A stretch of DNA of 64,000 bases from Desulfobulbaceae bacterium (lineage in GTDB: Bacteria > Desulfobacterota > Desulfobulbia > Desulfobulbales > Desulfobulbaceae). Below the pieces are notes generated by a model. The model was not told the origin of the DNA and made no database searches. It worked only from the letters and a program-made list of their open reading frames with translations. Shown piece after piece: positions 37,755-46,803 of this stretch (positions within the stretch are counted from its first letter, which is position 1; every line of letters begins with the position of its first letter). The position numbers and the translations under genes are program-made. The stretch is taken from contig DNUE01000016.1 of NCBI GenBank assembly GCA_003508005.1, positions 24,746 through 88,745 on the forward strand, in the 5' to 3' direction.

Positions 37755-38510
37755 TCAGGATGGTTTCTTGTCGCTGGCCAGTTTTTGTCTTTCCCTGGTA
37801 ACCAGGGCATACAGGGCCAAAACCGGGCCGGACAAAATATAGGAGACAGCGACGACAAAGAGGGTGATTGGCGGTTCCGTTGCCAGCAGGATAAGGAGCA
37901 GGAGCAGGAAGACCATGAGCTGGAAGGCCTTGGCCCGGGTAATATGCATGTGCTTGAAACTGAGATAGCGATGGTTGCTGACCATCAGGTAGGAAAGGAC
38001 ATAGACCAGCAGGAGGATTGACAGATGCTTGACCGTACCAGTGGCACCGAGGAATCGGCCGAACATCACGGTGGTGGCGATCATCATGGCCGCAGCCGGA
38101 CATGGGAGGCCGACAAAATCGGTGCCGGAGGTCGCTGTCTGGGTATTGAACCTGGCCAGGCGCAGGGCGGTGGTTGCCACGTAGAGGAAGGCCGCCAGCC
38201 AGCCGTAGCGGCCGTAGGGGGTGAGCGCCCAGAGATAGGCAAGAATGGCCGGGGCTACGCCGAAGGACACCAGATCGCACAGGGAATCCAGTTCCATGCC
38301 AAAGGTGCTGGTGGAGCCGGTCATTCTGGCGACGCGGCCGTCAAGCCCGTCAAAAACGGCCGCTACCAGAATGGCGATGGCCGCTGCATAAAAATTGCCG
38401 TTTATGGCGGCGACAATCGAGTAAAAACCGCTGAACAGACTGCAGCAGGTCAGCAGACAAGGCAGCGGATAAAACTTTGAACTGGTGGGGGGTACCATCA
38501 ACAACCTCAT
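37755..38510 (-). CDS. pssA: CDP-diacylglycerol--serine O-phosphatidyltransferase
   Basis: CDP-alcohol phosphatidyltransferase motif DGLDGRVAR...G.ELDSLCD in a multi-TM protein. Confidence 0.85.
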   Translation of the reverse strand: MRLLMVPPTSSKFYPLPCLLTCCSLFSGFYSIVAAINGNFYAAAIAILVAAVFDGLDGRVARMTGSTSTFGMELDSLCDLVSFGVAPAILAYLWALTPYGRYGWLAAFLYVATTALRLARFNTQTATSGTDFVGLPCPAAAMMIATTVMFGRFLGATGTVKHLSILLLVYVLSYLMVSNHRYLSFKHMHITRAKAFQLMVFLLLLLILLATEPPITLFVVAVSYILSGPVLALYALVTRERQKLASDKKPS

Positions 38511-38598
38511 CTTGCGTCAAGGGTGCAAATTACAAACTTCAATTTTAATTTACGATAAAATTGAAAAATATTCCAAATAAATAATAACGGTCGCGGGA

Positions 38599-39258
38599 TT
38601 AGGTGAACACGGTGCCCGCGTGACTGGCGATGACGGTTTCCCCTGCCTTGACCTTATCTCCCTTTTTGACGTGCAGTTTCAGCTGCAGGGGGAGGTAGAT
38701 GTCCAGCCGGGAACCTAAGCGGATAAGGCCGTAGCGCTGGCCGGTGGCCAAGGCCTCTCCTTTTTCCGCCCAGCAGACTATGCGGCGAGCGATAAGACCT
38801 GCAACCTGCACCACACCATATCTGAGGTTGCCTTCGGACAGGATCGTCAAGGCGCAGCGTTCGTTCTGCAGAGCACCGCGCTCAGAGTCAGCGGCGTAAA
38901 ATTTGCCTGGCTGCAGAAGGATTTGCTCGACCCTGCCCTGGTAGGGGACCCTATTGACATGGACGTTGAATATATTCATGAAAATTGAGATCTTGTAGGC
39001 CCTGCCCTGGACAAATCGTTGGTCATCCACCTCCTCGGCGACGATCACTTTGCCGTCTGCGGGCGAGACAAAGGCGTCGGCCTGATCGGGTCCTATCCTT
39101 TCCGGGTCGCGGAAAAACCAGGTAACAAGGGCTGTGACGAGCAAACAGGGCAGCGCCGCCGCGGGAAATTCAAGCAAGGCGAGGACGAGTGTGGTAAAGG
39201 CGGCAAAGAGGATAAAGGGATACCCTTCCAGGGTTATTGGAACGCGTGGTGTTTTCAT
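38599..39258 (-). CDS. psd: phosphatidylserine decarboxylase proenzyme (short, Asd-type)
   Basis: SPADGKV...GLIARRI...LGSRLD contains the LGS self-cleavage site. The internal ATG at 39258 was chosen. Confidence 0.85.
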   Translation of the reverse strand: MKTPRVPITLEGYPFILFAAFTTLVLALLEFPAAALPCLLVTALVTWFFRDPERIGPDQADAFVSPADGKVIVAEEVDDQRFVQGRAYKISIFMNIFNVHVNRVPYQGRVEQILLQPGKFYAADSERGALQNERCALTILSEGNLRYGVVQVAGLIARRIVCWAEKGEALATGQRYGLIRLGSRLDIYLPLQLKLHVKKGDKVKAGETVIASHAGTVFT

Positions 39259-39366
39259 AATGCACAATCGGGGATAGAGGGGATAGAGGACAACCGGGCG
39301 CGGCAATGACAGGAAAGGAATAGCCGGGGCCAAGCCTTTCCGTTGCGGAAGTGACGGTCGTACACG

Positions 39367-39849
39367 TTACTTCTTGGGCGCCCTGGCCAGGGCGATGGTG
39401 CCGGTTCGGATGATTTCCTTGATGCCGATTGGCCGCAGGATGTCAATTACCGCTTTGATCTTGCTTTCAGGACCGGTGATCTCGACAGTGTAGGTGGTAG
39501 GGCTGACATCCACCACCTTGCCGCGGAAGATGTCGATGACCCGCAGAACTTCCGCCCTGGTATTGGCCTCGGCCTTGACCCTGATCAGCACCATTTCCCG
39601 CTCGACAAACTCGCCCTCGCTGATGTCGGTGACTTTGATGACGTCGATCAGTTTGTGCAGCTGCTTGGTGATCTGCTCGATGATATGATTCTGGCCCCTG
39701 GTGACCAGGGTCATGCAGGATACCTTGGGATCGAGGGTTTCCGCCACACAGAGGCTCTCGATGTTGAAGCCACGGCCGCTGAAGAGTCCGGTTACCCGGG
39801 AGAGCGCCCCGGGCTTGTTCTGCAGGAGAACGGAGAGTGTATGTTTCAT
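39367..39849 (-). CDS. ilvN: acetolactate synthase small (regulatory) subunit
   Basis: MKHTLSVLLQNKPGALSRVTGLFSGRGFNIESL is an ACT domain typical of IlvN/IlvH. Confidence 0.9.
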   Translation of the reverse strand: MKHTLSVLLQNKPGALSRVTGLFSGRGFNIESLCVAETLDPKVSCMTLVTRGQNHIIEQITKQLHKLIDVIKVTDISEGEFVEREMVLIRVKAEANTRAEVLRVIDIFRGKVVDVSPTTYTVEITGPESKIKAVIDILRPIGIKEIIRTGTIALARAPKK

Positions 39850-40081
39850 CGCGCTGATCCTTTCTAATCTCGGTGGCACGGCTGTACTGGATACAAGCCG
39901 CGGTTTACAGAGTTTCTGGTTGAGGGGCCCGCATACAAAAGTCGGTTGTCAGGAAAAAAAGTTGCGCAAATAGCCCCACGAGCAGGTCGCAAAAGTCCTG
40001 GACACCAGGGCGTCCACACGGTGCGCCGCAGTGACGAATAATGCTGAATAATGTCACGGTTGGGGAGTTTTGGCGACGCCA
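39850..40081 (-). repeat. repeat-family element filling the ilvB-ilvN spacer (blocks A, B plus divergent tail)
   Basis: The minus strand reads TGGCGTCGCCAAAACTCCCCAAC (40081..40059), 21/23 identical to 60762..60784. GTCACTGCGGCG (40035..40024) is identical to 60825..60836, and the following ~40 nt are also alignable. Confidence 0.6.
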
Positions 40082-40083
40082 TT

Positions 40084-41784
40084 TTAGACGAGCAACATTT
40101 CCGTTGTCGCTTTCCCGGCCGGGACCATCGGGAACACGCCTTCTTCCCGTTCAATGACAAAGTCCATGATCACGAGGTTGTCCGAGGCCAAGGCTTCCTT
40201 GATCACCGGCACAACCTCGGCCTTGGTCTTGGCTCGCAGGCCAACAGCGCCGTAGGCCCTGGCCAGTTCGACAAAGTCGGGGGTAACCTCCATGGGAGTG
40301 GCCGAGTAGCGGCGGTTGTAGAACAGCTCCTGCCACTGGCGGACCATGCCCAGGTAGCCGTTGTTGAGAATGGCCACCTTCACCGGCGCACCCCACTGCT
40401 TGGCCGTGGCCAGTTCCTGGATGTTCATCTGGATGGAGCCGTCGCCGGCGATGTCGATGACCGTGGCGTCCGGAAATGCCAGCTTGGCGCCGATGGCCGC
40501 CGGCAGCCCGTAGCCCATGGTGCCGAGCCCGCCGGAGGTCAACAGGTGTCGCGGTTTATTGAATTTGTAGAATTGGGCCGCCCACATCTGGTTCTGGCCG
40601 ACCTCGGTGGTGATGATTGCATCGCCGCCGGTCAGTTCGTGGAGTTGCTGGACAACGTACTGCGGTTTGATCACATCGCCTTTTTCAAGGTAGGTCAGCG
40701 GGTGTTTTTTCTGCCAGTCTGCGATTTCGGCAAGCCAGGGCTGCAGTTTCTCTGCGCTCGTCTTGGGATCGAATTCAGAGGACTTGTCGAACCAGGTGTT
40801 CATCGCCTGCAACGCAGCCCTGCAGTCCGCGACTATGGGGATATCCACCTTGACGTTCTTGCTGATGGAGGTGGGATCGATATCGATATGAATGACTTTG
40901 GCGTGCGGGGCAAAAGCGTCCAGCCGGCCAGTCACCCGGTCATCGAAACGGGCGCCGACCGCAATGAGCAGATCGCTCTTGGCTACGGACATGTTGGCCG
41001 CATAACTGCCGTGCATGCCGAGCATGCCGAGCGACTGTTTGTCGGTGCCAGGAAAGCCGCCCAGGCCCATGAGGGTCATGGTCACCGGTGCGCTAATTTT
41101 ATGCGCCAGTTCGGTAAGTTCCTTGCTGGCGTTAGACAGGATGACCCCCCCGCCCACATAGACGACCGGCCGTTTCGCTGCGAGTATCCCCTTGCAGGCC
41201 TTCTCGATTTGCCCCGGATGGGGTTCGTAGTTCGGCTGGTAGGTCTGCATCTTGATTTTTTTCTTTTCCGGATAGGTGATCATCGAGGCAACCACGTCCT
41301 TGGGCAGATCAACGAGCACCGGGCCGGGCCGGCCGGTGGCGGCGAGATAAAATGCCTCACGGATGGTCTGCACCAGATCATCAGGGTTGCTGACCAGGTA
41401 GTTATGCTTGGTACACGGCCGGGTAATGCCGACGATATCCACTTCCTGAAAGGCATCGTTGCCGATGAGGGCGGTGGGAACCTGACCGGTGAGCACGACT
41501 ATCGGAATGGAATCCGCATAGGCGGTAGCGATGGCGGTAACTCCGTTGGTGGCGCCTGGACCTGAAGTGAGCAGCGCAACCCCGACATCGCCGGTGGCCC
41601 TGGCGTAACCGTCTGCCGCGTGCACAGCTCCTTGCTCGTGGCGAACCAGGATGTGTTTGATATCTGTGTTGAGCAGTTCATCGTACAGGTCAATGACCGC
41701 ACCACCCGGAAAGCCGAAAATGATGCGGACTCCTTCTTCTTTCAGACACTTGATAATGGCCTGTGCACCTGTCATTTTTGCCAT
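40084..41784 (-). CDS. ilvB: acetolactate synthase large subunit (biosynthetic, ThDP-dependent)
   Basis: MAKMTGAQAIIKCLKEEGV...GGLGTMGYGLPAAIGAK...GDGSIQMNIQEL is the ThDP motif. Confidence 0.95.
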   Translation of the reverse strand: MAKMTGAQAIIKCLKEEGVRIIFGFPGGAVIDLYDELLNTDIKHILVRHEQGAVHAADGYARATGDVGVALLTSGPGATNGVTAIATAYADSIPIVVLTGQVPTALIGNDAFQEVDIVGITRPCTKHNYLVSNPDDLVQTIREAFYLAATGRPGPVLVDLPKDVVASMITYPEKKKIKMQTYQPNYEPHPGQIEKACKGILAAKRPVVYVGGGVILSNASKELTELAHKISAPVTMTLMGLGGFPGTDKQSLGMLGMHGSYAANMSVAKSDLLIAVGARFDDRVTGRLDAFAPHAKVIHIDIDPTSISKNVKVDIPIVADCRAALQAMNTWFDKSSEFDPKTSAEKLQPWLAEIADWQKKHPLTYLEKGDVIKPQYVVQQLHELTGGDAIITTEVGQNQMWAAQFYKFNKPRHLLTSGGLGTMGYGLPAAIGAKLAFPDATVIDIAGDGSIQMNIQELATAKQWGAPVKVAILNNGYLGMVRQWQELFYNRRYSATPMEVTPDFVELARAYGAVGLRAKTKAEVVPVIKEALASDNLVIMDFVIEREEGVFPMVPAGKATTEMLLV

Positions 41785-41980
41785 TGAATTTTTCCTCTTC
41801 TGCTTGAATCCATAATGCCCTTGCTAATATTGAGAATACTGATCATCCGCCATGGCGGTTACAATATTTGCATGGTTTGCCCGCAACAGAATCGCTTTGT
41901 AAGCAATTTTGACAACCCAGGAAATTGCCGCCGCCGTCGACCTGACTGGATTGTAAGTAACCGTACAGGATGAATCTAAA

Positions 41981-42009
41981 ATAATAAAATTGATATTATA
42001 TCCTGTCAA
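41981..42009 (-). promoter_or_regulatory. candidate sigma-70 promoter for the ilvBN leader
   Basis: On the minus strand, TTGACA-17 nt-TATTAT lies about 195 nt upstream of the ilvB ATG. This is consensus matching only. Confidence 0.35.
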
Positions 42010-42134
42010 GCAGGAAAGACGCATCCTGAAAATAATAATTTTTACTGAAAGGCGAAAGGTTTGTTTCTGTCCCCGTTAGGGGGAAACTGAGCGGGAGGGT
42101 CCTTTGCAATCGGAGTAATAATGGGATAAAATAA

Positions 42135-42728
42135 TTACTTCTTTTCCTGAAATGCGGCAGACTTGTCGACCATATCCGAGACAGGGGTCCCGTCCGGTCC
42201 TCTGGCGTCGGGGTTGATCAGCAGCAACTCCTTCCATGCCTTCAACGCCTCCCCGATTTTGCCCAGATCGTAGTACATGACGATACCCTTGTTGTACAGG
42301 GCCTGCTCGAAACCGGGACTGACCACTAGGGCTTGGTTGAAGGTCTCAACTGCTTTGTCCGGCTGACCGCTGTGACGGTACATGACCCCCAGGTCTGTGA
42401 GAACGGATGGATTTCCAGGGACGATTGCCAGGGATCTGGAGTAGGCTTCAATGGCTTTTTTCTCCTGGTCGGTGTCATAATAGGCGTTGCCGAGTCGGGT
42501 CCAGGCTTCCACGCTGTTCGGATTCTCTTTCACCGCCAGTTCAAGGGAGGCTATCGCTTGCAGCAACTGTTCCTGCTTCGAGGGCTCCATGCTCTGCTGG
42601 ACCGTCTGGCGAACGGTTTGGGGTGTCCGGTCACTGTAGAATATTCCCAGGAGAAAGCCTGCCAGCAGAGAGGCCGTGATGCAAATGTAGAGGGTCTGTT
42701 TCGAGACCCCGTTTCCGGATTCTGCCAC
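42135..42728 (-). CDS. membrane-anchored TPR repeat protein
   Basis: N-terminal TM segment LYICITASLLAGFLLGIF followed by 3-4 TPR-like repeats (AWTRLGNAYY..., VLTDLGVMY..., ALYNKGIVMY...). Confidence 0.7.
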   Translation of the reverse strand: MAESGNGVSKQTLYICITASLLAGFLLGIFYSDRTPQTVRQTVQQSMEPSKQEQLLQAIASLELAVKENPNSVEAWTRLGNAYYDTDQEKKAIEAYSRSLAIVPGNPSVLTDLGVMYRHSGQPDKAVETFNQALVVSPGFEQALYNKGIVMYYDLGKIGEALKAWKELLLINPDARGPDGTPVSDMVDKSAAFQEKK

Positions 42729-42794
42729 TCTTGCTCTCCGTAGGTGTTGCGCTTGTCCTGGTGCGGAATCAGAGACGACTAATTTCTTGTCGGG

Positions 42795-43190
42795 TCAGAA
42801 CGACTCAAGGATTTTCTTCACAGTTTCTCCCTCGGTCGAAGATCCGAAGTGGGCCATGATCGGCCGCATGGCCTGCATTTTGTTTTTCAACTGGGAAAAA
42901 TTAATATTGGCGGCGATCCAGGCGCGAATCTCTTCCTCACTGGCCTGGCGGGGCAGGTAGGACTCGATGATTTCCAGGTAGGGTGAAGTGGCCTGGCCGG
43001 TCCGCTCCAGGGTTTCCCGCTCCGATTTGCTCAGTTTGCGGATGATTGCCACTATCTCGGCATCGTCCAGTACCTTTTTCCCTTGGCGCTGAAATTCGCC
43101 AAGCATGACCCGAAGCGCCGAGATTCTGACCTCATCTTTGCCCTTCATCGCCTTCTTCAGGTCGTCGTGGATGGAATTCTGAAGGTCCAT
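42795..43190 (-). CDS. GatB/YqeY domain protein
   Basis: MDLQNSIHDDLKKAMKGKDEVRISALRVMLGEF is a typical YqeY N-terminus. The internal ATG at 43190 was chosen, because the extended ORF would reach to within 3 nt of tRNA-Val (43250). Confidence 0.8.
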   Translation of the reverse strand: MDLQNSIHDDLKKAMKGKDEVRISALRVMLGEFQRQGKKVLDDAEIVAIIRKLSKSERETLERTGQATSPYLEIIESYLPRQASEEEIRAWIAANINFSQLKNKMQAMRPIMAHFGSSTEGETVKKILESF

Positions 43191-43249
43191 GGCTTTCTCT
43201 CCGTGAAAGAAAAACGGGAGCAGACAAAGCCCCCGTTTGATCATCATGA

Positions 43250-43324
43250 TGGTGGGCGATACTGGGTTTGAACCAGTGACCCCTGCCGTGTGAAGGCAGT
43301 GCTCTCCCGCTGAGCTAATCGCCC
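43250..43324 (-). tRNA. tRNA-Val (anticodon CAC)
   Basis: Hand-folded: acceptor GGGCGAT/ATCGCCC, anticodon stem CTGCC/GGCAG with loop TTCACAC, T-loop TTCAAAC, and an encoded CCA. Confidence 0.95.
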
Positions 43325-43439
43325 TTAACTGTTTTGAAATAATAGTTCATTCGCCGGAGCGAGTCAACGTTCCTGCAGGTTCTTATTGTAAAAAAAAGGA
43401 AGGAGGGAGCATGAAGTATAGATAACTATTTTCTAAAAC

Positions 43440-43516
43440 TGGTGGGCGAAGCGGGATTCGAACCCGCGACCTTTGGCTTCGGAGGCCAACACTCTATCCA
43501 GCTGAGCTATCCGCCC
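43440..43516 (-). tRNA. tRNA-Arg (anticodon CCG)
   Basis: Hand-folded: acceptor GGGCGGA/TTCGCCC, anticodon stem TTGGC/GCCAA with loop CTCCGAA, T-arm GCGGG-TTCGAAT-CCCGC, and an encoded CCA. Confidence 0.95.
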
Positions 43517-43737
43517 ACTCGTTGTGATTTACGTGTAAATTTGTCTAATTAGCTGTTTGTATCCGGTTCCCGCAAGTCGAGTTGACCTGCCAGGAGTATA
43601 CCCTGAAAACAACATTTTGTTTCCACATAGTTTCCACCTGGGAGACCACATAATCTCCAATGGAATCCGGAAAACAGCTGTTTATTAGGAGTCTAAGACA
43701 CATTACACTTCATTGCATCTCCTCCCAATCAAAAGCC

Positions 43738-43767
43738 GCGGGTTCAAATCCCGCCATATTTCCTCCA
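43738..43767 (+). other. isolated tRNA/tmRNA-like T-arm fragment (no complete cloverleaf)
   Basis: GCGGGTTCAAATCCCGC followed by CATATTTCCTCCA. I could not fold a D-arm or anticodon arm upstream of it. Confidence 0.3.
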
Positions 43768-44052
43768 ACCCTGGAGAAATTCCCGATGGTAATCTCTCGA
43801 AGGTGTCAGAAATGTCGGCACGATAATACGCGCAAGCACCATAAATGTCAATGTTGTTCCTTCCCGCTGTCTCAGGTGTAATTTCAGGAAAATAATTCCT
43901 TCCTTACGGTATTTCAAGTTCGCAGTATCCCGCCAGCTCGTGGAATGCTTCGCCGGGTGACAGATACACGGTGGAATTGACTTGAAAAGCATCGTGAATT
44001 CATATAGTCTGCTTATTATTTCGATTACTATGGATAGAAACGTGAAGAATCT

Positions 44053-45000
44053 ATGAAGCCGCCACCAGACGCTATTGACCCACGCTGTCTTGATTCCATT
44101 GTATTCTCTCAAGTTCTTGACATGGTGGATATCGGACTGGTGATTCTGGATCGCGGATTGCGTGTGCGGTATTGGAACCGTTGGATGCAACAGCACAGCG
44201 GAATCGGGCCTGATCGAATTCTTGGGTCTTCTCTTTGCGATATTTTCCCTAACTTAAATCGTCCCCGCTTTTTGAGTAATTGTCAGACGGTTTTCACGTT
44301 TGGTAATTTCTGTTTCTTTTCCCAAAAGTTGCACAACTATTTGTTTCCTTTTAAGCCGATCAGTTCTTTTGATTCCGATTTTAAGCATATGCAGCAGAGC
44401 TGCACGATGGGACCGTTGCGTAATGAAAAAGGTGAAATTACCGATCTGTTCATCTCCGTGCATGATATGACCGAATCGGTCAGTTTCGAACAGAAGTTGA
44501 TAGCCCTCAATATGATTGATTCGCTTACCGGTGTGCATAACCGGAGATGTTTTGAAGCGCATCTCAAGGAAGAGGTGGAGCGTCATAAACGGTATGGTCA
44601 TCCCTTGAGTTTGATCATGTTTGACATCGATTACTTCAAGCAGGTCAACGACACTTATGGCCACCAATGCGGTGATTATATTTTGCGGGAGATTGCCGAA
44701 TTAATCAACAATTCAATTCGCAGCGAAGACAGGCTGGCTCGATACGGCGGCGAAGAATTCTGTTGCATATTGCCGGAAACTACGTTGGAAGCCGCTGCAA
44801 TTCTTGCCGAACGGTTAAGGAAAAAAATCGCCGATCATGTTTTCGAGTACGAGCAAGACCGTGTCCGACTCACCATCAGCCTGGGCGTTTCTGCTATGAA
44901 TTTGAACACAACGACGGCCGATGCCCTCCTGAAAAACGCCGATGATGGCCTGTATTCGGCTAAAAACAGAGGCCGCAACCAAATTGAAGTCACGCCCTGA
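44053..45000 (+). CDS. PAS-like sensor diguanylate cyclase (GGDEF domain)
   Basis: DSLTGVHNRR...MFDIDYFKQVND..GH..GD...RYGGEEFCCIL has an intact GGEEF active site. The N-terminal ~130 aa are PAS-like. Confidence 0.85.
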   Translation: MKPPPDAIDPRCLDSIVFSQVLDMVDIGLVILDRGLRVRYWNRWMQQHSGIGPDRILGSSLCDIFPNLNRPRFLSNCQTVFTFGNFCFFSQKLHNYLFPFKPISSFDSDFKHMQQSCTMGPLRNEKGEITDLFISVHDMTESVSFEQKLIALNMIDSLTGVHNRRCFEAHLKEEVERHKRYGHPLSLIMFDIDYFKQVNDTYGHQCGDYILREIAELINNSIRSEDRLARYGGEEFCCILPETTLEAAAILAERLRKKIADHVFEYEQDRVRLTISLGVSAMNLNTTTADALLKNADDGLYSAKNRGRNQIEVTP

Positions 45001-45083
45001 TTGAAAGTTTATTGGAGAAGTGGATGTTGATGAAGAAGCTGAGCATTCAGGACAGGAAGGTATAGTTCCCTTTGAGGCAGATC

Positions 45084-45464
45084 ATGATAAAAAAGATACT
45101 GATTGTTGATGATTCGCCTATTTCCATTAGAATTATCAAGTGCTGCATCCCCAAGGATCGCGACTTTGAATTTTTTGATGCCGCAGATGGCCGGATCGGC
45201 GTGGAAATGTTCAAGCAAATCAAGCCGGATCTGACCTTTATGGATTTGACCATGCCGGTGATGAACGGTTTTGAAGCCCTGCAGGAAATTATTCAATTCG
45301 ATTCCCGGGCAATGGTGGTAATTGCCACCGCTGATGTTCAGAGTAAGGCCATCGAGCGTGCCCATGAGCTTGGCGCTTTTTCCGTTGTCAAAAAACCGCC
45401 GACCAGGGAAAATATCGCCGCTGCGATTTCCGGCGTTGAATCAGCGCTCGCGAAACGGAGATAA
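45084..45464 (+). CDS. CheY-like single-domain response regulator
   Basis: ILIVDDSP...LTFMDLTMPVMNG...ATADV...VVKKP has the REC-domain acidic pocket, phospho-Asp and conserved Lys. ATG 45084 was chosen (the track start at 45072 is TTG). Confidence 0.85.
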   Translation: MIKKILIVDDSPISIRIIKCCIPKDRDFEFFDAADGRIGVEMFKQIKPDLTFMDLTMPVMNGFEALQEIIQFDSRAMVVIATADVQSKAIERAHELGAFSVVKKPPTRENIAAAISGVESALAKRR

Positions 45465-45467
45465 ATA

Positions 45468-46112
45468 ATGAGTTCGGCCAATCAAGAATTAATGATCACT
45501 GCGGAAGAAACCGATATTCTCCAGGAAATCATGAACATTGCCTTTGGCCGCGCGGCGTCTGATCTTGCCGAGCATATCGACATATTTGTTATTCTCAGCG
45601 TTCCGTATATCAAGCTGCTCCGTCTCTCTGACCTTCCGCCCTATATCAACTCAGAGATTAAGGAGTATAAAAAGGTAACTTTGGTTGAACAGAACTTCTG
45701 GGGAAAATTCAAAGGCAGCGCCTTTCTGGTTTTTCCGGCGGATAGCGGTAAAAACATCCTGTCCCTGCTCGACGGCTCCGATGAATACTTTGAATCTGAC
45801 CGGATCAATGAGCTGGAAAAAGAGGCGGTTCGCGAAGTCGGCAACATTCTAATCGGAGCCTGCATCGGTAAGATCGCCGAACTCCTGGGGGATTTCATCA
45901 CCTATTCGCCGCCCCGCGTGGCGGTGGAGAGAAGTCAGTGCGGCATTATATCTGACAGCCTTGTTGCAGATGACAACCTGGCGATTGTCTTAAGGACTGT
46001 TTTTGAATTTAATGATAAAAACATTTGTGGCTATCTTTTCATCGTCACGAGCGAAGAATCCTTTGCCTGGTTAAAAACGGCTCTGCATAATTTTCTGGAT
46101 CAGTACGAGTAA
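45468..46112 (+). CDS. CheC/CheX-like (CheY-P phosphatase family) protein
   Basis: Two CheC-type segments: DILQEIMNIAFGRAASDL and EAVREVGNILIGACIGKIAELLG. The gene starts 3 nt after the CheY-like gene. Confidence 0.65.
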   Translation: MSSANQELMITAEETDILQEIMNIAFGRAASDLAEHIDIFVILSVPYIKLLRLSDLPPYINSEIKEYKKVTLVEQNFWGKFKGSAFLVFPADSGKNILSLLDGSDEYFESDRINELEKEAVREVGNILIGACIGKIAELLGDFITYSPPRVAVERSQCGIISDSLVADDNLAIVLRTVFEFNDKNICGYLFIVTSEESFAWLKTALHNFLDQYE

Positions 46113-46116
46113 TCCT

Positions 46117-46344
46117 TTATTTCATGCGGACACAGGGAAGGCTGGAAGCTTGTTCCCGTCCATCGTATTCTTCGCCGATTCCCTTGTCCGTTTGCCCTGT
46201 TTTCGGATTGTAGCAGGCATATGCAAATTCTCTATCCCCGTTGAACGATACATTTCTGCGCAGGAAGATGGAGCATTGCGGAAGAGTATCCAGGCAGGCG
46301 CTTGTTGCGGTGACGGGCAAGAGGAATTGGAGAACTTTGCTCAT
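46117..46344 (-). CDS. hypothetical small protein (75 aa), weak support
   Basis: Supported by the ORF only; no recognisable motif. Convergent with the CheC-like gene. Confidence 0.25.
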   Translation of the reverse strand: MSKVLQFLLPVTATSACLDTLPQCSIFLRRNVSFNGDREFAYACYNPKTGQTDKGIGEEYDGREQASSLPCVRMK

Positions 46345-46365
46345 ATGGGACTGAAATCCTGAAGA

Positions 46366-46803
46366 ATGACAATGACATTAAGGGAAGAAATACAGGCAAT
46401 CGTCAAGGCGGTGCCGGCGGCATTGACTGAGCGCAAAGACCTGTTCAGCTTTTCATATGTTGTGGCCGAACGGAAGGCATTTCTGTGCAAGCAGAAGCTG
46501 GTCTACTCCGCGAAAATCCGTATCGATGACCTCAACAAAGAGCTTCATTTTTCCGAAATGCTCAAGGAAACGGGTTTTGGCCTGGGCGGCGGTAATGACG
46601 GCGATACTATGAGCCCCGGGCTTGGCTTCAGGAAATCCGTTTACAAGACCGGTTTGGGGCCGAGGCTGGAAACAATTGAGGAGCTTTCCTCCTTTTTCGG
46701 CAAAAAATACAGCTACACCTTTGCTTTCGCCTTGATCAGGGAACGCATCAAGGCCGCGGCAACGAATGCTCGATATCGTTTCGTTTACAAGCTCATCCAG
46801 TAG
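46366..46803 (+). CDS. hypothetical protein (145 aa)
   Basis: An ORF with plausible composition, but I recognise no domain. Confidence 0.45.
   Translation: MTMTLREEIQAIVKAVPAALTERKDLFSFSYVVAERKAFLCKQKLVYSAKIRIDDLNKELHFSEMLKETGFGLGGGNDGDTMSPGLGFRKSVYKTGLGPRLETIEELSSFFGKKYSYTFAFALIRERIKAAATNARYRFVYKLIQ

Noticed and set aside
41785-41980. T-box riboswitch or classical his/ilv attenuator in the ilvB and hisD leaders.
   Set aside because: There is no AGGGUGGNACCGCG T-box sequence. The mini-ORFs lack runs of regulatory codons (only scattered His/Ile/Leu), and no terminator T-run follows.
43520-43767. A complete tmRNA (ssrA) ending in the T-arm fragment.
   Set aside because: No tag-peptide reading frame, no 5' GGGGC acceptor partner and no pseudoknot-like sequence lie upstream. 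Only the T-arm resembles tmRNA or tRNA.
43660-44196. ORFs 43660..43881 (+) and 43744..44196 (-) between tRNA-Arg and the GGDEF gene, including a 31-aa CxxC...CxxC peptide at 43786..43881.
   Set aside because: The minus-strand ORF overlaps the well-supported GGDEF start and has no motifs. The short Cys-rich peptide is too small to support from sequence alone.
45009-45365. ORF 45009..45365 (-) opposite the CheY-like gene.
   Set aside because: It is antisense to a receiver domain with all conserved residues, and it has no motifs of its own.
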